Below are positions 21,726 through 37,090 of a stretch of 64,000 nucleotides of DNA, one piece after another. The number at the start of each line of letters is the position of its first letter. Position 1 is the first letter of the stretch. The stretch covers positions 98,704,001 through 98,768,000 of the forward strand of contig NC_087438.1 in assembly GCF_036321535.1 (NCBI RefSeq). Reading direction: 5' to 3'. The stretch comes from Camelus dromedarius (taxonomy: Eukaryota). Both the position numbers and the translations under genes were made by a program. The notes beneath the pieces are model-generated. The model saw only the letters and a list, made by a program, of their open reading frames with translations. It was not told the origin of the DNA and did not search any database.

Positions 21726-23238
21726 AAATGACTATCAACAAAACCATCTCCTGACCAGTTTTTCTTTGCCTTCCCCTACACTAGGCCAAAATATTCATAA
21801 TCCTGTAGCCCCTTGCAGGTAGGAATGTCATATGACTCTGTTATTGCTAGTGATGTGAAAGTGCAGACAGGAACTGGGCTTAAGGGAAATATTTTTGGAA
21901 GGGCTAGTCTGGGGTAGCATGTTCCTTAGGACTTTTGCCCATTTTTCTTTTTCTTAATTGGCATGGATATTGCAAGTAAGCCTAGAATTGAAGCAGCCAA
22001 CTTGCAACCATGAGATGAATATCATAAAACAAAGGTCTGTATACTAATTATGATAATATGGAAAGCCCTTGGACTTCTTGTAGCATTGTTAAGCTGCTGC
22101 AGCATCTCTACACCACCTTCTCCCAGGCTTTATGTTGCATTTTATAAACTGCTATGTCATTAGACAGCTATAGTCAGGTTTTCTGTTGACTACAGATAAA
22201 TGCATTCCAAACTGACACATCTCTCCTCTTCATGAGTAAGGTTGATTTATACAGTTGTCTGACAAGGTCCCAGATTTTCTATTTAAGGTGTATGAGATGC
22301 TTGTCAGAAAAGTAGTTTTGCTTTCCCTTAGCTGTTATCAAGGGATGGTTCTCTGAGTTACTGTGGCTGACCTTCTGTCTTCATTCAGTCATCTCTCAAT
22401 TTGGCTAATACAAATATACACAAATAATTGAACTTTCAAAGAAACCTTCTTGGCTAGTAGCAACCCAAAAAGTTGAGTTTTGGAGAATAGAATGAGAAAG
22501 TGAGCTGATAAATGCTAGCTATACTTTTAAACCTGCACTAGTGGTGTTCTGACCAGCAATGCAGCAATCCAGAACACTGGTTTCCCTCTCAGGCAGGGAA
22601 GTAGCAGGGCCAAAATTTTTACTTAGTAAAATAAATTGACTATGAGTCCTAAAAATCTTTGAGAGGAGATCAGCAATCTACATGTTTTGGTAGAAAATGC
22701 CTGGTGGAAGGAATAGAAATTCCTAACAGCCTTTTCAATATACAGAGAGATGTGTTTTGAGACCCCACTGTGTCAGTAGCCATTACTCCTCTCCAGTCTG
22801 ACTTTACAAATACTTCATTGGTGTGTGTAGAATTTAAAGGCATCTCCAAAGGCTTACTACTTATACCTTTCTTGGATTCATCTGGAATACCTTGAAAAGA
22901 GCATTACTTCCAGTTATATGAAAAATCAATAAAAAAACCTTATGATACATGAATGGTAATGCCTCAAGAAATTTTAGAACTCCTCAGCTGCACTCAGTGT
23001 TTGTGTATTTGTGTGTATATGTGTGTGCATTTGAGCATGTCGGGGTGTGGCGTGGTGGAGAAGGTAGCTCTAGTAGATGGTGGAGGTGCACGCATGCACA
23101 GATATATAACAGAATAACATTGGTTTTCCATACCTTTTTCACATTGTAAAGATAGTTCTCATTTAATGCATAAGTGTGTGTAATAAAATTGCCATTAGTA
23201 ACATATTCTAAAGTAGATTGTGTTTGCAAACTAAACAT

Positions 23239-23273
23239 AATTTTCTCTGTGTAAATTTTCTCTGTGTAAATTT
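23239..23273 (+). repeat. 15-bp tandem duplication (aattttctctgtgta x2)
   Basis: Seen directly. Confidence 0.85.
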
Positions 23274-23417
23274 AACAATGCCAGCATTTGTGGATCAAGA
23301 AGTTTGGTAGCCCTCTTGACTTTGAAGGAGCAGCCCAAAGAGGGAACTGTAAAGCAGATACAGTCATTTTTTTCCCCAGTGACCTCAGGAAACAATAAAG
23401 TTGACATCAAGATGTAA

Positions 23418-23630
23418 CAGGGTTGTAATTAGGGTGAGGCCAAGTTGTACAAGTGTGGAATTGGATCATGTTTTTATTTAAAATTTTGATATTTTGTTCA
23501 TCATTAATTATTTCATGAAGTATGATTTTTTAGACTATTGCATTAAATGATATCTATCTTTACTATTAAGTTTTTGGGTGACATATTAATTTTGCTTCTG
23601 AGACACATGCCTTACCCTGGTCCTGGTCCT
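23418..23630 (-). mobile_element. hAT DNA transposon fossil, MER53-like
   Basis: Begins cagggttgtaattagggtgaggc and ends ccctggtcctggtcctg (degenerate terminal inverted repeats); internal tttatttaaaattttgatattttgttcatc matches the recalled MER53 consensus. Confidence 0.6.
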
Positions 23631-23889
23631 GTTGGTAGTTTCTAACTTGTAAGTTCAAGTGGGGATCATAGCAGTAGTGATGGTGTTCACAGCTGAAATC
23701 TGAGTGGTGAGATCTGAATCAGGTCCCTCTTCATTTCCAACATGAGACAGCAGAAGCAGCAGCAATAGAAGAATACAAAAATCCAAGGAGATCCGAGAAA
23801 CTGGAGTCCTGCAGGCTGGGGATGGAAGGGCACCTGTGTGGCTGTGATTCCTCAGGCAAGCTATTTATATGTTTTTCTCCCAGGCGACA

Positions 23890-25560
23890 TACAGCAGTGT
23901 GAAAAATGTCTGTTCAGTAGATTCAATTTGTTGCTACGTTGTTGAGAACTTTTGCCTCTATGTTCATGAGGGATATTGGTCTCTATATTTTTTCATTTTA
24001 TTCCCTTGTCAGGTTTGGTTTCATGGTTACACTGGTCTCATAGATTGAGTCAACAATTATTTATTCCACCTCTCTTTTATGAAAGAGTTTGTGTATAATA
24101 TTTATTATTTCTTCTTTGTGTATATGATAGAAACTGCCACAGAAGCCATCAGTGGCTAACATTCTCTTTGTGGGGAAATTTTGAATTGCAGATTCAATTT
24201 CTGGAATAGGTATGCTGCAGTTCCAGTGTTCTGTTTCTTCTTGTGCCAATTGGTAACGTGTTTTTTTTTTTAACATTTTGTCCATTTTATCTAAGATGTT
24301 AATATTTTGGCTTGAAGTTATTGATACTATTCCTTTATTATCTTTTCAATATATTTAAGGTCTATAGTGGTGCCCCTCTTTCTGAATATTAGTAAGTATG
24401 TCTTCTCTCCTTTTATTTTATCAGTAGTGCTGTGAGTATATCAATTTTACTAATCTTTAAAAAAAAACCAATTCTTGTCTTTGTTATTTTCCTATTACTT
24501 TCTCTTTTCTGTTTCATTGATTTCCACGCATATGTTATTTCTTTTCCTATACCTACTTAAGCTGTACTTCATGAATTTTGATACATGGTGATTTTATTAC
24601 CATTGCTTGACTTTATCTGTAATTTCCCTGTTGATTTCTCATTTGACCCATTGCTTAGCTAGAAGTGTTGCTCAATTTCCAAATATCCAGGGCTATCATT
24701 TGTTTTGGTCTGAGAACATATTCTGTTCAATTTCAATCCTTTAAAATTTATTGAGTTTTGTTGTTTTGTTGTTATTATCCAACATATGGGTTATCCTGAT
24801 GAGCTCATGTGTGCTTGAAATAAATATGTGTTGTACGGTTGTGTATAGTGTTCTATAAATATCAATTAAACTGAATTGCTTTGATAGTGTTATTGAAATA
24901 TTCTATTCTTACCATTTTTTCCTACACGTTCTATCAATTACTGAGAGGAAAATGTTAAATTCTTCAGTGATTATGAATTTGTTTATTTCTCCCTTCAGTT
25001 CTAGCATTGTTGTAAGCCTCATCTATTTTGAAGCTCTGTTATTAAAATGTGCACATCAGTAGGATTATTGTATCTTCTTGATGAATTAACACCAATCATT
25101 ATGAAACATCCCTTTTAGTCTCTAGTAATAGTTTAAATTTGATGTTAATAGAGTCACTTGATATTTCTATGCTTAGGATTTGCATGATGTGTCTTTTCCC
25201 ATCCTTTTGCTTTCATCCTGTATTTATATTTTAAATACCTCTTTGGTAAACTACATAGAATTGGATCTTGCTTTTTTATCCAATCTTATCACTTCTGCCT
25301 TTTAACTGGGGAGTTCATTTTATTTATATTTAATACAATTATTTATATAATTCTGTCTATTATTTATTCATACCCTCTGTTTTCATTCCTTTGTTTCTCA
25401 TTTTCTGTTTTCTTTTTGGCTTAATTCTGTATTTTTTTGGTATTTCATTTTATATCCTAAATTGACTTTTTACCTATAACATTTTGGGGTGTATTTCCTC
25501 TAAGGATAAGAATACACAACCTTCACTTACCACAGTCTGCTTTATATTAGTATTATACTA
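23890..25560 (-). mobile_element. Old L1 ORF2 fragment
   Basis: The reverse-strand ORF 24061-24285 gives L1 ORF2-like EIESAIQNFPTK...DGFCGSFY...EEII.I.HKLF. Confidence 0.8.
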
Positions 25561-25639
25561 CTTCATCTAGAATATGAAAAACTTCCTATTATATAATCAT
25601 CATCCTTTTGCCATGGCACAGATCAGTCTAAGACACAGT

Positions 25640-27110
<1,471 letters not shown>

Positions 27111-27229
27111 GTGATTACTAGCTCACAAATTGTAGTTTTTTATTTTCTAATATAAACCTCTATGGTAATAACTCTTGCTCCCAGTTATGGAACTACAAAA
27201 ATCCTAAAACTTAACATAATACTTACTGG

Positions 27230-27850
27230 TAAAATATTGAATGCTTCCCTGTAATATTGCAGACAAGATCAGAAAGTTCTCACTCCTGTTCAACATTATA
27301 ATGGAAGATCTAGTCAATATAAAAAGCCAGGAAAAATAAATAAAACACACAGATATTTTAAATATTTGTCTTTATTTATAGATGGCATAATTGTGTATGT
27401 TTAAAATCCCAAAGAATCTATAAGAAAACTACTGGGACTAATGAATAGATTTAACAAGGTTGCAGAATATAAGATTAATATATAAAAATCAGTTATGTTT
27501 CCATATAATTGCAAATAATAAATGAAAAATAAAGTTAAAAACTACCATGTACAATAGCATTGGAAAGATACATAATTAGAAATAGATTTAACTAAAGATG
27601 TGCAAGACTTCTACATTGAAAATTATAAAACATTGCAAAGAGAAATTGAGAAGATTTAAGTAAATGGAGAGAGGTACTATGTTCATAGATTCAAGACTCA
27701 GAATTAAGATGTTCATTACCAAAATGAGCTCAACAGAAATGCAAGTACAATCAAAATCCACGTAGACTGTTTTGTAGAAATTGGCAAGTGATGAGCAAAT
27801 GTATATATTTTCAAGAGATCTTGCATCTAGACACAGTAGTATTGGCAAAA
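27230..27850 (+). mobile_element. Old L1 ORF2 (RT region) fragment
   Basis: ctcactcctgttcaacatt...atggcataattgtgtatgtttaaaatcccaaagaatcta is a degenerate match to the L1 RT segment (LSPLLFNI...DDMIVYLENP). Confidence 0.75.
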
Positions 27851-28074
27851 GGATCAATAAATAATTATTTAAAGAGAAAACTAAATTATTTAAAAAGAAA
27901 ATAATCAACTTTTACTTTTTAGTATCATTATATACTTGTGGCATTTATGGACTTAACTTGTTTTAATCAAGTGTACATTTTTGGTCCAGTTTTGCAATTA
28001 ACCTATCCCAATTTGGCCAGCAGGAGACTTCTCAAACTGGCTCCTGCGGGCTTTTTGCCCAACTTATAATTTTT

Positions 28075-29330
28075 CTTTTTTTTATTGGAGTATAGTCAGT
28101 TTACAGTGTTGTTTCAATTTCTGGTGTACAGCATGATGCTTCAGTCATATAAGAACATACATACATTCATTTTCATATTCTTTTTCACCGTAAGTTACTG
28201 CAAGATATTGAATATAGTTCCCTGTACTATATAGTATAAACTTGTTGTTTATCTATTTTATATATAGTAGTTAGTATCTGCAAATCTCAAACTCCCAATT
28301 TATCCCTTCTCATTCCCTTCCACCTTGGTAACCATAAGTTTGTTTTCTATGTCTGTGAGTCTGTTTCTGTTTTGTAAATAAGTTCATTTGTCTTTTTTCA
28401 TATATATATTCCACATGTAAATGATATCATATGGTACTTTTCTTTCCCTTTCTAGCTTGCTTCANNNNNNNNNNNNNNNNNNNNNNNNNNNNNNNNNNNN
28501 NNNNNNNNNNNNNNNNNNNNNNNNNNNNNNNNNNNNNNNNNNNNNNNNNNNNNNNNNNNNNNNNNNNNNNNNNNNNNNNNNNNNNNNNNNNNNNNNNNNN
28601 NNNNNNNNNNNNNNNNNNNCATTGGGGTGCATGTATCTTTTTGAATTAAGGTCCCCTCTGGATATATGCCCAAGAGTGGGATTGCTGGATCATATGGTAA
28701 GTCTGTTTTTAGTCTTTTGAGCAATCTCCATACTGATTTTCCATAATGGCTGCACCAAACTACATTCCCACCAACAGTGTAGGAGGGTTCCCTTTCCTCT
28801 ACAGTCTCTCCAGTATTTATCGCTTGTGGACTTTTGAATGATGGCCATTCTGCCTAGTGTGAGGTGATACCTAATTGTAGTTTTGATTTGCATTTCTCTG
28901 ATAATTAGCAATATTGAGCATTTTTTCATGTGCCTATTTGCTATTTCTATGTCTTCATTAGAGAATTGCTTGTTTAGGTCTTCTGCCCATTTTGAATTGG
29001 GTTACTTGTTTTTTTCTTATTGTATGTGCTGTGTATATATTCTGGAAATTAAGNNNNNNNNNNNNNNNNNNNNNNNNNNNNNNNNNNNNNNNNNNNNNNN
29101 NNNNNNNNNNNNNNNNNNNNNNNNNNNNNNNNNNNNNNNNNNNNNNNNNNNNNNNNNNNNNNNNNNNNNNNNNNNNNNNNNNNNNNNNNNNNNNNNNNNN
29201 NNAAATTGCCATAGGAGAACACTTCTGAGATTTATGTTAGATAATGTTTTGCCTGGTTTCTTCTAAGAGTGTCTTGTCTTATGTGTAAGCCATTAAGCCA
29301 TTTTGAGTTTATTTTTGTGCGTGGTGTCCA
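28075..29330 (-). mobile_element. Younger L1, 5'-truncated (ORF2 C-terminus plus 3' UTR)
   Basis: Reverse ORFs give [16 protein letters not shown]...[10 protein letters not shown] and [14 protein letters not shown], the L1 ORF2 C-terminal cysteine-rich domain. T-tail at about 28075. Two N-runs lie inside. Confidence 0.9.
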
Positions 29331-29429
29331 ACCTATAATTTTGAAACATACTTGTTTTCTGGAAATATAAGAAGTCACAAAATTATTCTATTTTCTAATA
29401 ATCCAGATGTGTATCTAACTATTCCTTCA

Positions 29430-30890
29430 AAGAGCCTTATTTTTTTCCCATTGAATAAAGGTGTTAGAGAACAAAATCTTGGGGTCCTGGAAAGCTGGAA
29501 GATTGAGTATAAGTAGTAATGAGTTAGAAGCATGTTGAATATATACAAGTAAACTCGAAGTGTGAAGACCTTTATGTGTTAAGTTGATGGCCACCAGAGG
29601 GCATTCCACCAAGGAAGGGTCACTAAACACTGAAATAGACAAAATTATTGATCCATTTGACATCACACAGCTTCCTTCATCAGCCAGACCACTGCTAGCA
29701 TGATGAACACATGAACAAAGAGGCTGCAGTGACAAAAATAAAAGCTATTCATGTACCTCACTTATCAGGGTTGATCTAGCTGCTTCCACAGCCAAATGTA
29801 CAAAATGCCAGCAGTAAAGACAAACACTAAACCCTTTATATGGTAGGAACGGCTACAGTTAACATTGCCCCAATGACCTGCTTGGGAAATTTGTGCTTCC
29901 CATTTCAGAAACTCTGGGGTCTGCAGAGTTAGAAGACTTTATCCCTAAAAGAAAACATTTCCACCAGGGGACATAGCAAATTCCCTCTATATTATAAGCT
30001 AAAGCTGTAACCTCAGTCCTTTGGGTTCCATTTGACTAAGGTCCAACAGACAAGAGTGGAGCCACCAACTTGACAGGAGAAAGTGACCCTGATCATCAGG
30101 AGGAAGTAGGGCTGCTATGACACACTGGGCGCAAGGGAAAATATGTTTGGCACCCAGATGACCAACTTGAGTGCCTCCTGGTACACACTCGCCCATTACT
30201 TTGGTAATTGGATATATGCAACAGTCCCATTTTGAGAAGGGCATGATGACAAGGGCTCATATCTCTTGGGCATGAAAGTCCGGATTATACCACCAGATAA
30301 TCCACTGACACCAGCAGACATGCTAGTGAAGGTGAGGAGAAACCTAGAATGGATAGTAGAGAAAGGAGACAATGATTATCAGTTCTAACCCTGAAACCAT
30401 TTTCAGTGGTAGGGACTATAGGTCATCCCATTAAACTTTCTCCTCTAAGTATCCCCCAGGAAGAAAGGCCCAGCAGAACCATGAAGGAGCTGCTCTCTGA
30501 ATATGTGTGAAGAGGATCTGAGCAGCACAGAGAGTAGATTGTAAGGACATAGACATGCACCTCTCAGATTCCACTTCCATGAAAGACTTGTTTCTGGGAG
30601 TGCTGCTGGGAATGCCAGGGGTGCTGTCAGTGGGCACCCTTCAGCTGTCACATCCTTACCAGGGCAGGCCACATCCGATGACTGATTAAGGTGGAAATGT
30701 AAAGACCCAGCCATTTCAGCCTAACACAGCATAGCTCTAAAGGGCCATTTTAGCTTCAGAATTCTCCATTTCTCTCTCTGCTGAATCCTGCTTCCATCAC
30801 CTCCACCCCACAGATGTTAATCTCAAAGAACGCACTAGCAAACACCCTACACTCTATCCCAGAGTCTGCTTCCCAGAGATCTTAACAAAG
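29430..30890 (+). mobile_element. ERVL-class internal fragment (integrase end) plus LTR16-like LTR
   Basis: gaaggtgaggagaaacctagaatggatagtagagaaagga resembles the ERVL integrase C-terminus; the following LTR-like segment ends cagagtctgcttcccagagatc. Family name from recalled consensus. Confidence 0.6.
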
Positions 30891-31599
30891 TAACATAGCT
30901 CCTGGCTTGCTGTTGGACCACGGTAGAGGCTGAACCCCTGACTGTAGGACATAAAGTGAGCATGTCATCTCAGATGCCTGTAATTTACTGGATGTTACCT
31001 GATTGATCAAACCATAAAATTGCAGTATGTGTAGCAGCACTCCATCTTCAAGTGGAAGTAGTAATACAAGATCGTATGTGAGCAGGTCTGGAGAGCATAA
31101 ATATGTTTCAGGAGTGGAAGGTTTACATTGGCAATACACCTAATGCTCCTGCATTACCACTGCTTTTTCACTTTACATCTGTGGCCTCATGGGGAGTTCC
31201 TGGTGATCAGATCACTAAAGAGGGAAAATCTGAGCCTAATTTAAAAATATTTCCACACAGAAATCTGGCACAAACTATAAGGAGGCTACTAGAGTGTTAT
31301 ATCCCACAGGACTGGCTCAGAAGGGCCAAAGGGAAGGGAACCCCTCATGAAGGAAAGGACTTTGTAGGGTGTTTTTGGGTTTTGGTTTTTAATTGAAGTA
31401 TAGTTGACTTACAATATTATTTTACTTTCAGATGTACAACATAGTGATTCAATATTTTTTAGATTGTACTCCATATAATTTTATTATAAAATATTGGTTA
31501 AATTCCCTTTACTGTACATTATGTCTTTGTAGCTTATTTATCTTATACTTAGTAGTTTGTACTGCTTAATCCCCTTCACCTACCTTGCCCCTCCCACTT

Positions 31600-32090
31600 G
31601 GTAAGAAAGCATTTTGAGTGGTACATCTGACTGTTCACTTTTCCTGGAAACAAAGATGGCCAGAGGNNNNNNNNNNNNNNNNNNNNNNNNNNNNNNNNNN
31701 NNNNNNNNNNNNNNNNNNNNNNNNNNNNNNNNNNNNNNNNNNNNNNNNNNNNNNNNNNNNNNNNNNNNNNNNNNNNNNNNNNNNNNNNNNNNNNNNNNNN
31801 NNNNNNNNNNNNGACTGAGAGGAAGAATCTGTTCCAGGTCTCTTTCCTCGGCTTGTAGTTGGCCACCTTCTCCCTGTATCTCTTCACATGGTCTTCTCTC
31901 TATGCATATCTGTTCCTATGTTTACATTTCCCCTTTTTATAAGGACATCAACCCTACTGGTTTAGGACCCATCCCAACGACCTTGTTTTAACTTGATTAC
32001 CTCTATTAAGACCGTATCTCCAAATTAAGTTACATTCTGAGGTACGAGGGATTAGGATGTCAATATATCTTTTTCAGTGAGGACACAATT
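31600..32090 (-). mobile_element. MLT1-type MaLR solo LTR
   Basis: aagaatctgttccaggtctct...cttcacatggtcttc...tacattctgaggtac...ggacacaattcaa is the typical reverse MLT1 sequence. N-run inside. Confidence 0.7.
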
Positions 32091-32099
32091 CAAACAGCA

Positions 32100-35000
32100 T
32101 TTATTCATGGAATAAAAAGGAATAAGATTAGAAGGATAGTAACAAGAAAATCTGGGTATCATCTCTTGCTCTGAGCCTCTTTTGAGGTGTTAATGTCATA
32201 TTGAATTTCCCTCATTACATAATCCATTTATTCATTACTTTACCAATAACTAGTATTTTTTCTTCTCTCCATTTAATCCCAAACTTTTCCACCTTTGGGA
32301 GGAACATTAGGTTCAGCCACTAGGCTCATGCAGATTGCAGACAGCAATACTAGTCTAACAAGTGCTTCTTCCTCTGTCCCCTCTTGTTACCGTGGAGTAA
32401 GGTACATAGATGCAGAACTAGTGGGCTATCTCTACCACCAGGCAATATAACTGCATTCACTGTTAATCCCAATTTTACCAGATGGGGTGAAGGTATATCC
32501 TGCCCCATTAGGCCCTTGAGAATTCTGACATAAAGTTAAAAACAGAATTATAGTTCCTTGCTTAGGAATCCATTCATGCTTCCTGCCCTTTTAATTGCAG
32601 CGCTGGTCCTATGACCAATGCATCAAGTAGGAGGGGAAATAGAAAAAGCTGAGATTATGTGGAGAAGAAGGTATACCAGCACCTTCCCCAACCCTCCTGC
32701 TCCAGATCCACCAGGAAAACAAGAGAAATCTATTCAGTGGGGACACTCCTTTAGACCCCCTCATGTTGAGTGTGAGCACAGTGGTGAAGGCGTGTAAGCA
32801 AGCCCCTCATGCTTTTATCTCTCCCTGTTTTAGACAACCAGTGTTTTAATTGCCTGTTCTAATTCTGTATCAAACTATTACTCTGAGGAGGATATATCTC
32901 TGCCCATCGTTGGACACTATGGGCTGTAAACTGAGGTCACTGGTCTGAAGAAATGATGATCAGCCATTCAAATTGGTGGAATATCTTCTGTTCCAGTTCT
33001 TTCACAGTATTCTAACCACCAGGTAAGCAAAGCCCAGACCAGAATCAGTATCTATTCATGTCAGGACCCATTTACAAACCCCACAGGGCTACCAGTATCA
33101 GCCAGCTATATTCAAGGGCCTTCCCACCAGGAAGCTGGTCACACAGCTACCTGCAGTCTTTGTGTATTTTATTGGCAGTTCTTACTAGCATTTTGTTCCT
33201 CAGAGGGTGCAAGAGAAATATGTTTAAATTCAACCCATCTCTGCATAGCTGCAGACCCTCAAACTCATGGGCCCATGTGGCCACCTGAAGCAAGCACATG
33301 GGGATACCTGCTTGTTGATTACAATAACCTTCTAAACCTGGAAGGGAGCTCTTCTGATGGACATCAACATGTCCTACTTTAATCCACCCCTCAAGTTTCC
33401 ATAGGGCATCCCTTTAATAGGCCAGGTGTCCACTGCCCTCCTGCCTAAACTATGGCCAGGCCATTGGTCACTGTGCATAAGTCAGGAAAAATCTCTTTCC
33501 ACTGTTCAATTCTTCCAACACTGCTGGGTAACAGAATGCAATTCAGCCCTCCAAGCTGATTTGTTTTTACCTTCTATCATCAGAGCGGTCGCCTTCCGAA
33601 CAAGATGTTGTCCATTCACCTTGGAACTATCACCTCCAAACCCAGCAACTCTTTGTCAGTCAGTCAAGGGCTCTTTATAGGGCACAGCCCATGTGACAAC
33701 AGAATCCAGCAACTCCTCATGCAGTTCCAGAGTCAATACTAGGAGAAAAGAGGCTCCCTGCTGGTGAGTATCTCCTGTATTTCCCAGGCATCGTGATCCT
33801 GTATAAACCATTTCCATTTTATAATGGAACTCTTCTGGGCACTGCCATCCCCATTAGAGCTTTTCTCTGACATCACCCTAGACATTATGAGTATTTCAGG
33901 TTTCAGATCACTTTATGTCCTTCATTCACCAATTAACATCTGATAGCAAGGGAGTAAATACCCCTCAAATGGTAATTCTCTTGTCCAGAGTCCCAGTAGT
34001 CATCACGGGGAGGCACTCACAGGCTCTTGCCATAAGCCTCAGTATACACTGAACACAGGGCTCTCGCACAGAGAATTTGTCCCCACCAGCATTTCAGCTT
34101 CCCTTCCACACCGTGTGGTTCAGGCAGTCTTACTGATTCCCATTTAGTATCTCCAATTAATATTGCTTGAAGGGGTGGATGTACATGCCTTCTGTTTTAT
34201 AATTCTAGGTAGGAGAAATGTTCTCTGTCAGATACAGTGTCCATTCTCAAAATACAATCTGGTAAAAGAGATGCAACCACTTCACATAAAGCCTGTTCAA
34301 ACATACCAATTCGCCTATAAATTTTTACTGTAATTCCAGCAACTTATATGTCCCTAATGTAGACTCTAGTAGGACTGCATCCACAGGTTTTAATTTTACA
34401 ATACTAGGTAAAGGAATTATTCCCTAGCCATACATAATATGCATTCCCATAAAATGTTCAGGTAAAGTTAACACAAGTCTTTACGTAGCACATAATTCCA
34501 ACTTTTGTAACCCTATCAACAATTACGTTTTTAAATAATTTTAATCTAATTGTAACCTGAGTTGGGGCTTCACCAATGGGTAATTTGGTACCACAGTTGA
34601 GTCCTGGAAACTTCTCTTCTCCAGTCCCTGACCATTTTGCCCACTCCAGTGCAAAAGACTTTCGGTCCCTGGTGAGGAGTCGAGCCAAGGGACCCTGGCC
34701 CTTTTGTCAGTCTTGTAAATTTGCCTGCCACTGCCCCATATGATTGCTGGTCAGGTTTCTCACTGTAATTTCTACCTTCTGACTTTTTAAATTTCTTCAA
34801 ACGGGTAAATAGAGTAGATTTGTTTGGGGCCCTTTAATGTTAGGAGACCAATGAGGAGGTCCCTTTGGCCCAACCAACCTTAGGTAGTGCTGTATTAAAA
34901 CTTTTATTTTAACCCCATCAATGTCCATTTCATTCATCCCATTTTTTAATAACCATCTAAGGATTTTTTCCCTGCTGGGATGAGTCCTGTGACTCTTTTT

Positions 35001-36177
35001 CTTCTGTTTCCTCTTTGTTTGCTCCTATCAATACTCACTTCATTCATCTTATTCCTTAATAACAGTGTAAAAATTTCCACATTGTTGGAAAGAGTCCTGT
35101 GACTCCACCCTTGGCCTCTCCTATTCTCTTGTTAATTAACTTAATGTTTTTATTAGCATCTGTAAGACCCAGTGAGGAGAAGCAGAGACAACAAATCTGG
35201 TGAGGTTTCCCGAACTGTTTTTTGATTTTGCAACGATAGGATTATACGGGATGCCCATGTGAAAGGGACCTCTTTAACCACAGAATTTACCATGACCTGG
35301 GCAGCGGGCAAATACGCTGGTTATCATAAAGCCAGTCCCACTTGGCTTGCATATGAAGCATATCAACTGCTTCATCTGAAGTCTTCCACTTGGCATTCAT
35401 GGGGGAAGATGAACAGTCCCCTCAGGGTAAACAAACCTTACTTTTATCCAGTCTGTCAGACTGACTGTTCCCTTAGGAATAACCTCCTGTGTATCTGAAT
35501 CACATATTGTCAACTGTGATTGTTCCATAGTGAGCCATGGGCTCAAACATGCTCTGCTACTTTGCAGCACTCAAAACCAAAGACATAGCCCCCAAATGAG
35601 TTACTCTCACAATCCATTTCAGTAAAGGTTCTTCAGAAAGCTGATGATACTGATCTACAAAGCATAACAATTTCTTTACTCTATAACTCTGGTTCCAGGA
35701 GTTTCTTGGTTTTGTCCTTCCCCCATGTTGACTACTTTCTTGGTGACCAGAGGTCTTAGATGTACTTTCTGTTGTCCCTGCACAATTTTTACAATGGGGA
35801 CAGCTTTGAGGCTAGTGGCCCAAGCTCAGACTCACTGAAATCTGAGTTTGGACCAGCATCCAGGTCTAACTCAGCATTCTCTTTTACTGTTTAGCTATTA
35901 CAGATAACAAGAACCAAGGGACTGTATGTTTGGCATGCTTCTTGTTATTTTGCACTTCCTTATATACCCCAGGATTTGGGTTCATCTCTAAATTCTATTA
36001 GTAACTATTACCTTTAGTAACTGACTGCAGCACAGCTGCTGTTCCGTACCCTGGGTGACCATGTGGCCCAGGAATCCAAGGTTCTTCATCCCCTGACCTT
36101 TTCATCCTTTCTTTTCCCGAACCACATGCTTCCCTAAGCCAGGGCTAATTCTAGCAAATCCCACTTCACTGACACCA
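32100..36177 (-). mobile_element. ERVL-class internal region (gag-pol remnant) with tRNA-Leu-type primer binding site
   Basis: About 4 kb of degenerate gag/pol. The PBS-like sequence at 36159-36177 reads tggtgtcagtgaagtggga on the - strand, compared with the ERVL Leu PBS tggtgtcagaagtggg, and abuts the LTR. Confidence 0.72.
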
Positions 36178-36179
36178 AC

Positions 36180-37090
36180 TCTTTTGTGTTCTGAGCACCC
36201 AATTTCAGTGCAGGGAGAGGGGCTTTTCCTCCACACCTCCAACAAGCAATGTTCTGATACCAGGTGGTTATCCTCCAATTCAGCTCAATTCTGACACCAT
36301 CTACCCAGAGATGGCATCAGATTCCATAGGTTGAGGGCTCAGTCCCACTAGACGGCTCCCCCCCCCAACAACTTCAGATGCCAATTGCAAGCCCGAATTG
36401 TTACCTGTGCTTCTGACCAACTGTCTACAGGTTGGAGGTTCCCAAGACCGCCCCCCTCAGATTCCAGATACCAGGGGCAAGCCCAGGTTACTACCAGTAC
36501 TTCTGACCACCTGACTATAAATCAGAGGTTCTCATGACCACCTCCTTGGGTTCAGTTAATTTGCTAGAGCAGCACAGAACTCAGAGAAACATTTTACTTA
36601 CTAAATTACTGGTTTATTATAGAAGGACATAACTCAGAAACAGCCAGATGGAAAAGATGCACAGAGCAAGATATGGGGAAAGGGGCACAGAGCTTCCATG
36701 CCCTCTCCTAGTGTCCCACTCTCCCCAAATCTCCATGTGTTCACCCACCCAGAAGCTCTCCGAGCCCTATCCTTTTGGGTTTTTATGGCAGCTTCATTAC
36801 ATAGGCATGGTTGATTAAATCATTGGTCGTTGGCGATTAAACTTAATCTCTAGCCCCTCTTCCCTCCCCAGAGGTCAGGCATGAGACTGAAAGTTCCAAC
36901 CCTCTAATCATATGGTTGGTTCTTCTGGCAACCATCATCCCATCCTTAGGTGCTGGTCCCAAAGTCACCTCATTAACATAACAAGAGACACCTTTATTGC
37001 TCTCACCACTTAGGAAATTCCAAGGGAGCTCTGTGTCAGAAACCAAGGACAAAAACCAAACATATTTCCTATTATAAATCATAATATCAC
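36180..37090 (-). mobile_element. MER21-like ERVL LTR (5' LTR of the adjacent internal region)
   Basis: caattctgacaccatctacccagagatggcatcagattcc...gagggctcagtcccac and ggaaattccaagggagctctgtgtcagaaacc match the recalled MER21 consensus in reverse. Confidence 0.72.

Noticed and set aside
28421-29266. Short ORFs as host genes
   Set aside because: They translate to L1 ORF2 C-terminal fragments or their antisense.
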